Positions 9,717 to 19,086 are shown, counted from the stretch's first letter. The stretch is 64,000 nt of DNA from a virus (IMGVR_UViG_3300001525_000584:128001-192000), one strand, 5' to 3'. The notes: generated by a model from the letters alone, not told the origin. Numbers and translations are program-made.

Positions 9717-9923
9717 ATGCTGAATAATAAAGAAGAATTAAAGGTGTGTCCGTTTTGTGGTGGAGAAGCAAAGTTGGTGAAGCGTAAGTTCAAAGTTGGC
9801 TTTTATCCGAGTGGTGGTACTTATTATGTGCATTGCAAAAAATGCCTTATCACCACACAACCGAGAACGAGTGCAGAAGCTGTAATTGAGATATGGAACA
9901 GGAGGACAAACGGCGATGGATGA
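9717..9923 (+). CDS. Lar-family restriction alleviation-like Zn-ribbon protein
   Basis: LKVCPFCGG...CKKC...WNRR. Confidence 0.7.
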   Translation: MLNNKEELKVCPFCGGEAKLVKRKFKVGFYPSGGTYYVHCKKCLITTQPRTSAEAVIEIWNRRTNGDG

Positions 9924-10134
9924 TTTGAAGCCATGCCCGTTTTGCGGAGAAAAGGATTTACTAGAAGTAGAGACTATCGACTTTGGAGAAGAAAAACGTC
10001 CTTTTGGATACACCTGGACCGCAAGAGTTGATTGCCTTAACTGCTCAGGTAGTTGTGGTACTCATGGCTTTGAGAAGACTGAAGAAGATGCAAGAAGAGC
10101 TGCTATAAAATCATGGAACAGGAGACGTGTCTAA
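9916..10134 (+). CDS. Lar-family restriction alleviation-like Zn-ribbon protein
   Basis: LKPCPFCG...CLNC...AIKSWNRR; ATG after GGAGG. Confidence 0.7.
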   Translation: MDDLKPCPFCGEKDLLEVETIDFGEEKRPFGYTWTARVDCLNCSGSCGTHGFEKTEEDARRAAIKSWNRRRV

Positions 10135-10454
10135 TGTCTAAGTATGTTGATGCAGAAGCTATGTTAAATCGTTGTAAAGAGTTAACAGATAATAGTACTA
10201 TAACTAGGGCACATTTAATTGTTGATGCATCTCGAAAATGGTTTGAAGCATTTATTAAAACCCAGCCTGCTGTAGATGTAGCAGAAGTAAAACATGGTAA
10301 ATGGGTTGAGCAGGCAAAGGTTAGAAAAGATGGAGAAGTTCGATTAGTTTACTGGCAATGTTCTTTATGCGGATGTTTCTTAGGTACTAATACTGCAAAC
10401 TATTGTCCGAACTGCGGAGCCAAAATGGATTTGGAGGAAAAAGAGAATGAATGA
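10134..10454 (+). CDS. Zn-ribbon phage protein
   Basis: VKHGKW...CSLCG...NYCPNCGAKMD. Confidence 0.7.
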   Translation: MSKYVDAEAMLNRCKELTDNSTITRAHLIVDASRKWFEAFIKTQPAVDVAEVKHGKWVEQAKVRKDGEVRLVYWQCSLCGCFLGTNTANYCPNCGAKMDLEEKENE

Positions 10455-10965
10455 TACTTATCTCGTTGTAAATGGCGTTAAAGTACAGTTAACTGAGGAA
10501 CAGAGAAAATGTTTGGGACTGTCTTCTGAAAATCCTTTTGAAGAACCTGACCTTAACGATCGTTATTATTATGTAACTGCTGAGAACGATGTTGGCAGCG
10601 CTTGGTATGCCAGGGATGCGGTAGACTACAAAAGAATAGATGTGGCCAATTGTTTTAAGAATCAGTCTTTTGCAAAAAAAGTTGCTAATGCACAGTTACT
10701 TTATAGAAGATTATTAAAGTTTTCTTTTGATAATGACGCTGCAGATAAACCCTGGGATGGATATAATTATCATTTTTTCATTCGCTATGAATATGATGTT
10801 GAAGCTGAAGAGTCAGGCTGGGATGTTTCCGCCACATGTATGAATAGATGCCTTAATGAAGTATATTTTTCAAAAGAGGCTGTTGCCAGAAGAGCCCTCG
10901 AAGAAGTAGTCGAACCTTTTCTTGAAGAATTTAATATAGTAAATGGAGATATGGAGAGTTTATAA
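10447..10965 (+). CDS. Paralog family member 2
   Basis: NGVKVQLTEEQ..NPF..QLLYRRLLKF..VYF. Confidence 0.8.
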   Translation: MNDTYLVVNGVKVQLTEEQRKCLGLSSENPFEEPDLNDRYYYVTAENDVGSAWYARDAVDYKRIDVANCFKNQSFAKKVANAQLLYRRLLKFSFDNDAADKPWDGYNYHFFIRYEYDVEAEESGWDVSATCMNRCLNEVYFSKEAVARRALEEVVEPFLEEFNIVNGDMESL

Positions 10966-10969
10966 GATT

Positions 10970-11467
10970 ATGGTCGAGAATTATATTTGGGTTAATGGTA
11001 AAAAAATTATTTTAACAGATGATATGTTGAAACATATCAGTCCTTATCTCGTATCGCAGACAAATCCTTTTGGTTATAATGACTATTTCTGTTATTATAC
11101 AGTGACAACCCCGGGAACTGTTGAGATAAATGGTTGGGACGCAGACCCCACGGACAGTCGCCTTGCAAAAAATCTTAATTGCTTTAAGACTAAAGAATTT
11201 GCAAATCAGATTGCTTTATCTCAATTACTTCGTAGAAAACTTTTAAAGTTCGGCTATGATAATAATTGCATAGCTCCTGATATCTGGGAGGATCCTGTGC
11301 GGCACTGGTGCATCTATTATGATTTTAAGGATAAGACTTTTAAAGTTGATTCTTTAGAAACTTGTAAATATAGCGATGTATATTTTTCTACTAAAGAGCG
11401 GGCTCAGCAGGCTATAGAAGACGTTGTGTTGCCCTTTATGTCTGAACATCCTGAATTTGAATGGTGA
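10970..11467 (+). CDS. Paralog family member 3
   Basis: QLLRRKLLKFGYDN...HPEFEW. Confidence 0.8.
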   Translation: MVENYIWVNGKKIILTDDMLKHISPYLVSQTNPFGYNDYFCYYTVTTPGTVEINGWDADPTDSRLAKNLNCFKTKEFANQIALSQLLRRKLLKFGYDNNCIAPDIWEDPVRHWCIYYDFKDKTFKVDSLETCKYSDVYFSTKERAQQAIEDVVLPFMSEHPEFEW

Positions 11468-11476
11468 AACGCTCGT

Positions 11477-12178
11477 ATGAAAAAACAAAAATGGGCCATG
11501 TGTAACTATTGCGGACGCATATATAAACTGGGTAAAAAGCAGGCCCTGTATAACAGCTGTAAATACTGCGCTCCTGTTTGTTGGTTAGAAGCAGTTTTAT
11601 CAAAAGGTCTGGATCCTGATATGTATAAAGAAGAAGGAGTTAAAGATATGCATGACATTAAACTAGTTATAGATGGCAACGAGATTCAGTTAACAGAAGA
11701 ACAGCTGGTAAAGGGGCGTATGAATACATCCGGACTGCTGCCTAGATCTGAAAACCCCTTTGTAAGAGTTGAAGCAAATAGAACTTATTATACTTTATCC
11801 GGTGATACATATATCGCCACTAAAAGAGAAGATAACACCATAGAAGATGATAAGAGATATGACACCTGCAATTATTTTAATGATATGTTCTTTGCTTCTA
11901 ATATCTCTTTGCAGCAACTGCTTTATCGTAAATTATTAAAATATGCGTATGATAATAATTGCCTGGCTTTGAAACCACCTGCTGGAGAATTTGTTTTTAA
12001 TTTTCCTCCTTCTTATGTTATTTTATATGATTATCCAGACAGCAAATTTGCTGTCGATGGTCCTGTATATAGTTATAAAGGTATGGGTGTACATTTTTCT
12101 ACTAGAGTAGCTGCTGAGGCTGCTATTAAAGAAGTCGTAGAACTTTTTATCGAAAAATATCCCGCATTTATTTGGTGA
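11477..12178 (+). CDS. Paralog family member 4, with N-terminal Cys finger
   Basis: CNYC..CAPVC, then QLLYRKLLKYAYDN. Confidence 0.8.
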   Translation: MKKQKWAMCNYCGRIYKLGKKQALYNSCKYCAPVCWLEAVLSKGLDPDMYKEEGVKDMHDIKLVIDGNEIQLTEEQLVKGRMNTSGLLPRSENPFVRVEANRTYYTLSGDTYIATKREDNTIEDDKRYDTCNYFNDMFFASNISLQQLLYRKLLKYAYDNNCLALKPPAGEFVFNFPPSYVILYDYPDSKFAVDGPVYSYKGMGVHFSTRVAAEAAIKEVVELFIEKYPAFIW

Positions 12179-12185
12179 GGTATAT

Positions 12186-12845
12186 ATGGAACATCGTCCA
12201 TTCATGTGTTATAATTGCGATAAAGTTTTCGTAATAAGCGGTAAGGAAAAATTGCTGCAGTGGCATGGTCATCCATTTTGTAGTGAAAAATGCGTTATTG
12301 ATTTTGCAAAGAAGGAACGGGAGAAACAGCTTATGTCAAATAGTTATATTATGTTGAATGGTGAAAAAGTTGAATTAACAGATACTCAGGTAGAAGAGTT
12401 GAAGGCAGCTTTGAAAGAACCTGAGAAGCCGAAGTCACCTTTTGATAAAGTTAAATCGCAGGAGATTTTTTATTCCTGCTGTGCTTTAGAAGTAGAACCC
12501 TATAAAAATGTCGAAGCAATTGGTAGCTTATCCGAAGCGTTGTATAACAAAGTAAACTACTTTAATGATGAAGCTTTTGCGCAGCAAGTGTTTTTGCATC
12601 AGTTGTTATACCGTAAATTGCTTAAATTCGCCTATGAAAAGGACTGTGTAGATAAAGCAAATTGGGATGGATTAACCAAACATTATTTTATCAGTTATCG
12701 CACAGAGCTCGATTCTTATGATGCCACATACTGTTTTGACATTAAACTGCCGACTGTTTATTTTTCTTCTATATGTGGAGCAAATCAAGCCATCGAAGAA
12801 GTGCTTAAACCTTTTATAAAAGAGCATCCAGAATTTAAATGGTAA
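12186..12845 (+). CDS. Paralog family member 5, with N-terminal Cys finger
   Basis: CYNC..FCSEKC, then QLLYRKLLKFAY...HPEFKW. Confidence 0.8.
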   Translation: MEHRPFMCYNCDKVFVISGKEKLLQWHGHPFCSEKCVIDFAKKEREKQLMSNSYIMLNGEKVELTDTQVEELKAALKEPEKPKSPFDKVKSQEIFYSCCALEVEPYKNVEAIGSLSEALYNKVNYFNDEAFAQQVFLHQLLYRKLLKFAYEKDCVDKANWDGLTKHYFISYRTELDSYDATYCFDIKLPTVYFSSICGANQAIEEVLKPFIKEHPEFKW

Positions 12846-12858
12846 AGGAGGGTTGATC

Positions 12859-13362
12859 ATGGCAGAGAATTATATTGTGATCAACGGTAAAAGAGCCGAG
12901 CTAACCAAAGAACAGTTGAAGGCACTTGGTATCGAATCAGAGCTGGAACGCCGGAATCCTTGCACAAAAGTTACTAAAGGTGATACATATTATTTTGCCA
13001 GTGAGTATGGAGGTGTAGAATCTTATACTCAAACAAATGATAATGCGGATGATGCGTTGTTGAAGTGCTATAATTATTTTAACGATGATTCTGTTGCGCA
13101 ACAAGTCGCGCTTCACCAACTGCTTTACCGCAAGCTGCTGAAGTTCGCCTACGACAATGAGTGCGAAGACACATCGGAGTGGGGCACTCACAATCAACAT
13201 TGGACTATTTATTACGATTGCGACGATGACAAGTTTGTGGCAGACAGTTGGGATACATTCAAATTTGCATCTGTCTATTTCAATTCTGAAGATGCTGCTG
13301 ATAGGGCGATCAAAGAAATCGTCCAACCTTTTGTAAAAGAACACCCGGACTTTAAGTGGTGA
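12859..13362 (+). CDS. Paralog family member 6
   Basis: QLLYRKLLKFAYDN...HPDFKW; strong SD. Confidence 0.8.
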   Translation: MAENYIVINGKRAELTKEQLKALGIESELERRNPCTKVTKGDTYYFASEYGGVESYTQTNDNADDALLKCYNYFNDDSVAQQVALHQLLYRKLLKFAYDNECEDTSEWGTHNQHWTIYYDCDDDKFVADSWDTFKFASVYFNSEDAADRAIKEIVQPFVKEHPDFKW

Positions 13363-13376
13363 ATAAAATGTATAAA

Positions 13377-13408
13377 ATAAACGTGAGTATATCACGTTTA
13401 TTTTTTTA
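13377..13408 (+). terminator. Intrinsic terminator
   Basis: ataaacgtga-gtata-tcacgtttat followed by a T run. Confidence 0.7.
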
Positions 13409-13422
13409 TATGTAAATATGCT

Positions 13423-13899
13423 GTGGAGGACAAAGTTGTGTATAAATTATATACCTGCGGTAACTGTGAAAACATTTTTCAAAGAAAAGAAGGTGAAGAG
13501 GTTCTATATGCTTTTGAAGAACCTATGTGTTGTCCTGAATGTAGAGAATCTTTTATTTTGAAAAAGACTTTTGGCAGAGAAGATAAATATATTAATGTAA
13601 AAGACTTTAATACTTTTGTTGTTTATAATCCGCGTGAACCGGATGCAAAAGTAAAAGATATCAGGGCATTTTTAAACACTGCTGATTATTATTTAGATAA
13701 AATGCCTGCTTCAGCAGTTAAATCGGACGAACAGGGGCGTTGGATTTTATCACCGGAATGGAACGTTGTATCATGCTCTAAATGCTCCTGGGTAGCGCCT
13801 TTTGTGGAACTTGTTACAAGAGATTTTAAATTTTGTCCTAATTGCGGGGCACATATGATTGAAAAGGAGGAAACAAATGATATCCTGGGAAACCAATGA
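13423..13899 (+). CDS. Double Zn-ribbon phage protein
   Basis: CGNC..CCPEC at the N-terminus; CSKC..FCPNCGAHM at the C-terminus. Confidence 0.65.
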   Translation: MEDKVVYKLYTCGNCENIFQRKEGEEVLYAFEEPMCCPECRESFILKKTFGREDKYINVKDFNTFVVYNPREPDAKVKDIRAFLNTADYYLDKMPASAVKSDEQGRWILSPEWNVVSCSKCSWVAPFVELVTRDFKFCPNCGAHMIEKEETNDILGNQ

Positions 13900-14575
13900 T
13901 CCCATGCAGTGGGCGGAGAATGAAGTAGCGCTACTTCTCGATTCTCGAAGGTCTTTGAATAATGATGAAGCGGATGACTGGGAAAATCAGTATTTTGAGG
14001 CTTGTTGCCTCAGCGCTTTAAAAGCCTATAAAGTTTTATTTGAGGATGATCACTCTGGTATGAGTTGGAACATCACTGCAAATATATTGAAGAGATTATT
14101 AGAGGATAAGCCTTTGTCACCAATTACTGGGGCAGACTTCGAAGACGCTTCAGATATTCTAGATTCTCCTGAATGGCTGCATCAAATGGGCCTCGTTTCT
14201 GCTACTCCCTGTACTCGCATGCGCGGACTATATAGATATACGTATAAAAATGACGTAGTAGAATATAAGGACATTAATCGCACAGTAATTTATGCCGAAG
14301 GCAGTGACGTCCCCTGGCGTAACTCATATATTAGTAACATCGTAGACGAACTTTATCCGATAAAAATGCCTTACGCCGGAGAAAAATATATTGCATATGT
14401 TAAAGAGGATAAATCAGTTTCTTGTCGAGAAGATTATGACTGTTTTATTTTTAAATCACTGAAGCATCCTGATGGTACCATGGAGACCATTAATCGATTT
14501 TTCATAGATGTGGGGAACGGTGGTTGGCTGGAGGTCAGTGAATCTGCATATAATAAATTTCTTGGAGGAAAATGA
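13877..14575 (+). CDS. Phage hypothetical protein
   Basis: ATG after GGAGG; WAENEV..SALKAY..HSGMS..PLSPI. Confidence 0.7.
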   Translation: MISWETNDPMQWAENEVALLLDSRRSLNNDEADDWENQYFEACCLSALKAYKVLFEDDHSGMSWNITANILKRLLEDKPLSPITGADFEDASDILDSPEWLHQMGLVSATPCTRMRGLYRYTYKNDVVEYKDINRTVIYAEGSDVPWRNSYISNIVDELYPIKMPYAGEKYIAYVKEDKSVSCREDYDCFIFKSLKHPDGTMETINRFFIDVGNGGWLEVSESAYNKFLGGK

Positions 14576-14793
14576 TAATGAGTCAGAGATGTAAACAAAA
14601 TAGTTGTCATAGAAACACGCTGAGTAAAAAAGATAAAGAACTCTGTACTGCTCTTATGATCGAAACATTAAAAGAGTATTATAATATGGATGAAGACTAT
14701 GCTACTTATGTTGCAAAGCAAATTATGCAGGGACCTACAAAAGAAGAAGTAGCAAAAGGTTATAAGGTCATTAATTATGTGCAGGAAACCTAA
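14572..14793 (+). CDS. Hypothetical protein
   Basis: ORF with SD GGAGG. Confidence 0.6.
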   Translation: MIMSQRCKQNSCHRNTLSKKDKELCTALMIETLKEYYNMDEDYATYVAKQIMQGPTKEEVAKGYKVINYVQET

Positions 14794-14795
14794 AA

Positions 14796-15332
14796 ATGTT
14801 TTTATTTGAAGATGCTATTAAAGAATTAAATGCATTAGAAGATTTTATCATCACTGATATCATTCTTTTTGATGATGTGTCGAATATAGATTTACGCAGT
14901 GAAGAAGATTTAGATGGAGCTTATCCTGCATTAATAGAAGACACTGTTAATAAATATGTTTTGCTGGAACTTGAAGCTCGGACTATTATAGACAAATTAA
15001 AGAAGTGCTCTATTATTCATTCGAACGATTATTATAAGGTAAACAACTTTTTGAAAAAGACTAATTTAACTTTGTCTGACTGCCTGGAGATCATTCATGG
15101 ATTAAATACTTCAGATTATTTTGCGTGTACTAAAAGTATCAATCCAGATCATTTAAATAATACTTTGATTATTTTCGAGCCTGAACTTATTAAACTAAAA
15201 GATGGCAGAACCTTTTCTAATCTTATTATTTATCTGAAAATAGATTTAGATGAGACAACAGAAGATGCCGTCGCATTAGTTTCTATTCATAAAGGTAGCA
15301 GAGGAGCTTTACCATATGCAACCAAAATTTAA
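14796..15332 (+). CDS. MqsR/RelE-fold toxin-like protein with acidic N-terminal extension
   Basis: FLKKTNL..D..II..L..DY ... IYLKID ... LVSIH pattern. Confidence 0.5.
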   Translation: MFLFEDAIKELNALEDFIITDIILFDDVSNIDLRSEEDLDGAYPALIEDTVNKYVLLELEARTIIDKLKKCSIIHSNDYYKVNNFLKKTNLTLSDCLEIIHGLNTSDYFACTKSINPDHLNNTLIIFEPELIKLKDGRTFSNLIIYLKIDLDETTEDAVALVSIHKGSRGALPYATKI

Positions 15333-15546
15333 AAATTTTACAAAAGATATAAAGGGCGTTTCCGAAGGCACTCGTATATCTGTGCAACAGTATTTACGAG
15401 AAAAAGGTCATTGGACTGAAGAAGAAGCCGAGGATTATATAGCGCGGATTTTAACTCAGGATCCCGGCGTATATGTACCTGAAATTGATAAAGAAACTGG
15501 GTTGCCTATTTTACCACGTTCAAAATATGGAGACTGGGAGTATTAA
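15316..15546 (+). CDS. Small protein, possible antitoxin partner
   Basis: 76-aa ORF overlapping the end of the toxin-like gene. Confidence 0.45.
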   Translation: MQPKFKNFTKDIKGVSEGTRISVQQYLREKGHWTEEEAEDYIARILTQDPGVYVPEIDKETGLPILPRSKYGDWEY

Positions 15547-15547
15547 T

Positions 15548-16195
15548 ATGCAACATGTAGATGATGAAGTAAAGTTTTTATATGAAGCAGCTTTTCAGGA
15601 TGATGATTCTGATATGTATCCTGACGAAGATGAATTAACAGACGCACAAAAAGATTTTGTTAAAATGTTTCAAAATTTTCTTAAGGATTTACTTAAAGAT
15701 ACTTTAGTAGAATCCTTCAGCACTGATAAAAGTTTGAAGAAGCATTTTCGCGATCATTGCAAAGCAAATGGCGCAGAAACTTCGCGCAAATCTTCTGTAT
15801 TTTATGATTTTAAAGATGTAAAGGATTATGCGGCGCGAGAAGATCTTTTATTTAATACAGATGCAGATTTTTTGGTACTATCGTTAACAGATACTGAATC
15901 TGTGATAAAAGCTTTTAAATTATTAGCAGAAGGTGATAAGACTATAGTATTTAATTATAGTTGTGGTTTTGTAACAACTCACACAAAAGCCCAGCCCGCA
16001 AAAGTCCTTTTTCATTCTTTTGCGAATGACGTCACTACTAATTATCCTCAGAATACTGTAGATTTTATGATTTATAATGATTTATATACCTGGTCTTTGT
16101 TTCCTTTGGACTTGTCTTATGTAGAAAATAAATTCAACAGCTTAGTTGTAAAATGGAACATTAAATATAATAAGCCCTTCAAAATCAACCATTAA
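15548..16195 (+). CDS. HFxxHC-family protein, paralog of 7869-8495
   Basis: Acidic leader; ESF..HFRDHC..HSFANDVTTNY. Confidence 0.6.
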   Translation: MQHVDDEVKFLYEAAFQDDDSDMYPDEDELTDAQKDFVKMFQNFLKDLLKDTLVESFSTDKSLKKHFRDHCKANGAETSRKSSVFYDFKDVKDYAAREDLLFNTDADFLVLSLTDTESVIKAFKLLAEGDKTIVFNYSCGFVTTHTKAQPAKVLFHSFANDVTTNYPQNTVDFMIYNDLYTWSLFPLDLSYVENKFNSLVVKWNIKYNKPFKINH

Positions 16196-16220
16196 GCCCC
16201 TACTAAAGGGGCTAATTTTT
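16195..16220 (+). terminator. Intrinsic terminator
   Basis: agcccc-tactaaa-ggggct followed by a T run. Confidence 0.6.
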
Positions 16221-16230
16221 TGCTAAATTA
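16221..16230 (+). promoter_or_regulatory. GCTAAATT late-promoter-like motif
   Basis: TGCTAAATTA 35 nt before ATG 16256; motif recurs nine times in intergenic DNA. Confidence 0.7.
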
Positions 16231-16255
16231 TAAAAAGAAAAAGGAAAAAAGAAAC

Positions 16256-16894
16256 ATGTTTCAGACACTATTAGAGGCTTTACATGAAGCAACTAATTTA
16301 ACAATTTCAGATATTTTAGAAAAATATCCAGATAAGATTTTTCACTGGAGTCCTTATAAATTTGATGCTTTTAATTCAGGCGCTCAGGGTGCACATGCTG
16401 CAAAAGATATAAGTGTATGTAGAGATCGTGCTACTATTATTAAAGGCGAATCTCCAGGTTATTTATATATACTTCAACCTAAAAAAGCTGATAAGAAAAT
16501 AATAGCTAATTTTGATCCTTTATACTGGTCAGCAAAAGAATTATGTAAAATAATGCTTGCAAAAATAAATAATGATTTTATTTCAGCTGTAACTGATTAT
16601 ACAAATCCTGAAGATCCTGATGATCACTGGAGTGATGAAGTAAGCCCTGATAAATGGTATATGGATGGATTAACTCCCGATGATAAAGATTTTCTAATGC
16701 GTACTATGGCTATGAAGGATGAAAAAGCCGCTTTTAGAAACGTAGCAAAGTTTATTAAATCAAAAGGATATGACTATATAGAATATACTAACTATGGAGA
16801 AGGTAAACCTGGAGATTTAAGTTATTTATTTTTTGAAGGGCAGGATATTCAAATTATAGAACGAATAGATCTGATAACTGTTTCCGACTGGTAA
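16256..16894 (+). CDS. ART-PolyVal-like ADP-ribosyltransferase-fold protein
   Basis: IFHWS..FDAF..G.H ... GYDYIEYTNYGEG..SYLFF; leader MFQTLLEALHEA. Confidence 0.5.
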   Translation: MFQTLLEALHEATNLTISDILEKYPDKIFHWSPYKFDAFNSGAQGAHAAKDISVCRDRATIIKGESPGYLYILQPKKADKKIIANFDPLYWSAKELCKIMLAKINNDFISAVTDYTNPEDPDDHWSDEVSPDKWYMDGLTPDDKDFLMRTMAMKDEKAAFRNVAKFIKSKGYDYIEYTNYGEGKPGDLSYLFFEGQDIQIIERIDLITVSDW

Positions 16895-16908
16895 AAAGGA
16901 GAAGATAT

Positions 16909-17448
16909 ATGAGCAAAGATGATTTTAATATAACTTTTCCCGAAACAGAAAAAACAGGACTTTTACTAAATCCCGCAAATATAAAAATACATAGATTATA
17001 TTTTACTCAGATGTGTCAGCTATTAGGTATTAAAGTTCTTTATAGAGCGCCTATAGATCCTTCAAAGCAGTATAATGGTTATGGTGAATTAGATACGCAT
17101 TATTTGCCTGCAACTTCTGTTAACTGTATATGGGACGAACATCCATCTGAAAAGACTATGAAAAAATTAGGTTGGAACACAGAATTATCAGATACAACAG
17201 CCGTGATACATGTGCCTTATGATTTAAAAGGTTTACAGGCAGGTTGTTTATTTATAATCCCATCAGGGTTAGATAATTCTATAGGTAGAGTTTTTAAAGT
17301 TATAAGAATGACAAATATAGCTATTTACCCTGCTTCTATAGCTTGTGAATTAGGACCTATGTTTAAAAATACAGATGAAAAATCTACTGTACATGATTTT
17401 AAACATACCAACTTTAATTTATTAGAAGGAGAAGAAGATGATATATAA
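16909..17448 (+). CDS. Probable virion structural protein (head completion/neck-like)
   Basis: In a GCTAAATT operon; beta-rich; TMKKLGWN..IHVPYDL; function tentative. Confidence 0.4.
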   Translation: MSKDDFNITFPETEKTGLLLNPANIKIHRLYFTQMCQLLGIKVLYRAPIDPSKQYNGYGELDTHYLPATSVNCIWDEHPSEKTMKKLGWNTELSDTTAVIHVPYDLKGLQAGCLFIIPSGLDNSIGRVFKVIRMTNIAIYPASIACELGPMFKNTDEKSTVHDFKHTNFNLLEGEEDDI

Positions 17449-18142
17449 GTTTTTGTTGGCTGCTTTAGAAAATCCTACTGATATAGAAGAAACTTATGCG
17501 CTGGATGAAGCCTATGACGGTAAATGGCCGAAGATCAGTTTTAAAAATATTGTGCGCTTATATGATTATTTATGTGCTAATGGCTATGCCATGGAGTTGC
17601 ATTCTTCACATAGTTCTAAAGTAGATACTACTACAGTACCTGATAGTACTGTTAAAGATGTGATTCAGGTAAATAAAAACGTGGATAAAAAAGAAACTGT
17701 AGAGAATGCTTTTTTCGCGCGTTTATCACCTGAAGAGGTGCAGCGTCGTAGTACTTTGTCCGCAGAAGAGCTCGCTTTAGATAATTACAGGCTTCTATAT
17801 CCTTATTCTACAGAAAAAGAATTAGAGAAGGGTGAAAATTATAGGCCCTCTGAAAGCACTTTTTATTATTTATCCTTTACAGGCAAGCAGGCTCAAATTT
17901 ATTTTCATAATATCCTGTTTCAGAAACTAGATGATATTAAACAGTTAATAAAAAAATTTTATTTAGAAGAATTGCACGAAAAGCCTGAATTAGTAGATGA
18001 ATATATGAATTTATGGACGCCTGCGACGGTTGCTCACGGCTATAAGTATGAAAAAGAGTATCAGGCAAATATACATTATATGATATTAAAATTTAATCTT
18101 AGTGATCCCGAAAATGTTCCTCACGGAGCACGCAACCGATAA
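17438..18142 (+). CDS. Hypothetical protein
   Basis: Coupled ORF; acidic leader with LDEA. Confidence 0.65.
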   Translation: MIYKFLLAALENPTDIEETYALDEAYDGKWPKISFKNIVRLYDYLCANGYAMELHSSHSSKVDTTTVPDSTVKDVIQVNKNVDKKETVENAFFARLSPEEVQRRSTLSAEELALDNYRLLYPYSTEKELEKGENYRPSESTFYYLSFTGKQAQIYFHNILFQKLDDIKQLIKKFYLEELHEKPELVDEYMNLWTPATVAHGYKYEKEYQANIHYMILKFNLSDPENVPHGARNR

Positions 18143-18172
18143 ATTTTTACATTCTTTATATTAAGGGCTTTT

Positions 18173-18181
18173 TGCTAAATT
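18173..18181 (+). promoter_or_regulatory. GCTAAATT late-promoter-like motif
   Basis: TGCTAAATT upstream of the holin-like genes. Confidence 0.65.
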
Positions 18182-18259
18182 TATCAATCGAATGTGAGTA
18201 GAGATATATCGAAAGGACAACCAGCTCGCAAAGGAAAAATTCAATAAGGAGACAAATGG

Positions 18260-18718
18260 ATGACAGATGAATTTTTACGCTGGTTGTTACCTATTGTAGC
18301 TGCTGCCGTAATTAGTGCTGTTGTTCCCTGGATCGTAAATAGTACGATTAAAAAAAGTTTAAAGAATCAGGAACTATTAAAGCAATTAGAAGCAAAAAAA
18401 GAAGAAGAAAAAAGAACAGCACAGTTAGAAAAACTTCTAAATGAAAAATTAGATCCCATTAAAGCAGAAGTAAACATCATCAAAGAAGAAGTGACAAAAA
18501 ACAAAGATGGAACTGTAACGCTTTTAAGAGAACGCATGGAACAGTCTCATGATCGTTTTGTCAGAAAAAAATGTATCTCCGCAAGTGAATTAGCCAACTG
18601 GCGACATTTGTATAATACATATGAATGGCTGGGCGGAAACCATTTTAGAGAATACGTCGATGAGTGGAAAACAGATATAGAAACTTTACCTCGCGACGTA
18701 GATAATAAAAAAGAATAA
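18260..18718 (+). CDS. Holin-associated membrane protein
   Basis: N-terminal TM helix, coiled coil, LY..Y..LGGN motif. Confidence 0.6.
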   Translation: MTDEFLRWLLPIVAAAVISAVVPWIVNSTIKKSLKNQELLKQLEAKKEEEKRTAQLEKLLNEKLDPIKAEVNIIKEEVTKNKDGTVTLLRERMEQSHDRFVRKKCISASELANWRHLYNTYEWLGGNHFREYVDEWKTDIETLPRDVDNKKE

Positions 18719-18744
18719 TTTCGAAAGGAGTCAGATTCTAATTT

Positions 18745-19086
18745 ATGAATTTTAGTCAAATTTGTGATCTAGTTATTGCGATTTGCGGCATTATCCCAAC
18801 AGTTGTTGCTGTAGTGATGTTAATTAGAAACATTATTAAAGAAAAGAACTGGAAACTAGTAGAAAAAATTATTTTATCTGCTATGTCTGCCGCAGAAGAA
18901 TATGCAAAAGAACATCCAGAGATGTCTAGTGAAGAAAAACTAGATTTTGCTTTAGCTGCTGTTACGGGCGGTGCTCATGCAGCAGGCATCACTATAGACG
19001 AAGAGCTATTAAAGAAAATCGTAGCGTATATAGAACAGATGTGTTCTTGGTCCAAAACTGTTAACGTAGAGCCGGAGAGCCAATAA
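18745..19086 (+). CDS. Phage holin, LL-H-like
   Basis: One N-terminal TM helix; AMSAAEE...EKLDFA...IE pattern. Confidence 0.6.
   Translation: MNFSQICDLVIAICGIIPTVVAVVMLIRNIIKEKNWKLVEKIILSAMSAAEEYAKEHPEMSSEEKLDFALAAVTGGAHAAGITIDEELLKKIVAYIEQMCSWSKTVNVEPESQ

Noticed and set aside
16220-16255. TTG starts at 16220 and 63700 giving MLNY N-termini
   Set aside because: Both TTGs are part of the TTGCTAAATTA motif; downstream ATGs with SD (16256, 63652) are better starts
18190-18235. Possible riboswitch-like stem before the holin-like genes
   Set aside because: Only one short pairing (tgtgagt/gctcgca); no full aptamer consensus recognised
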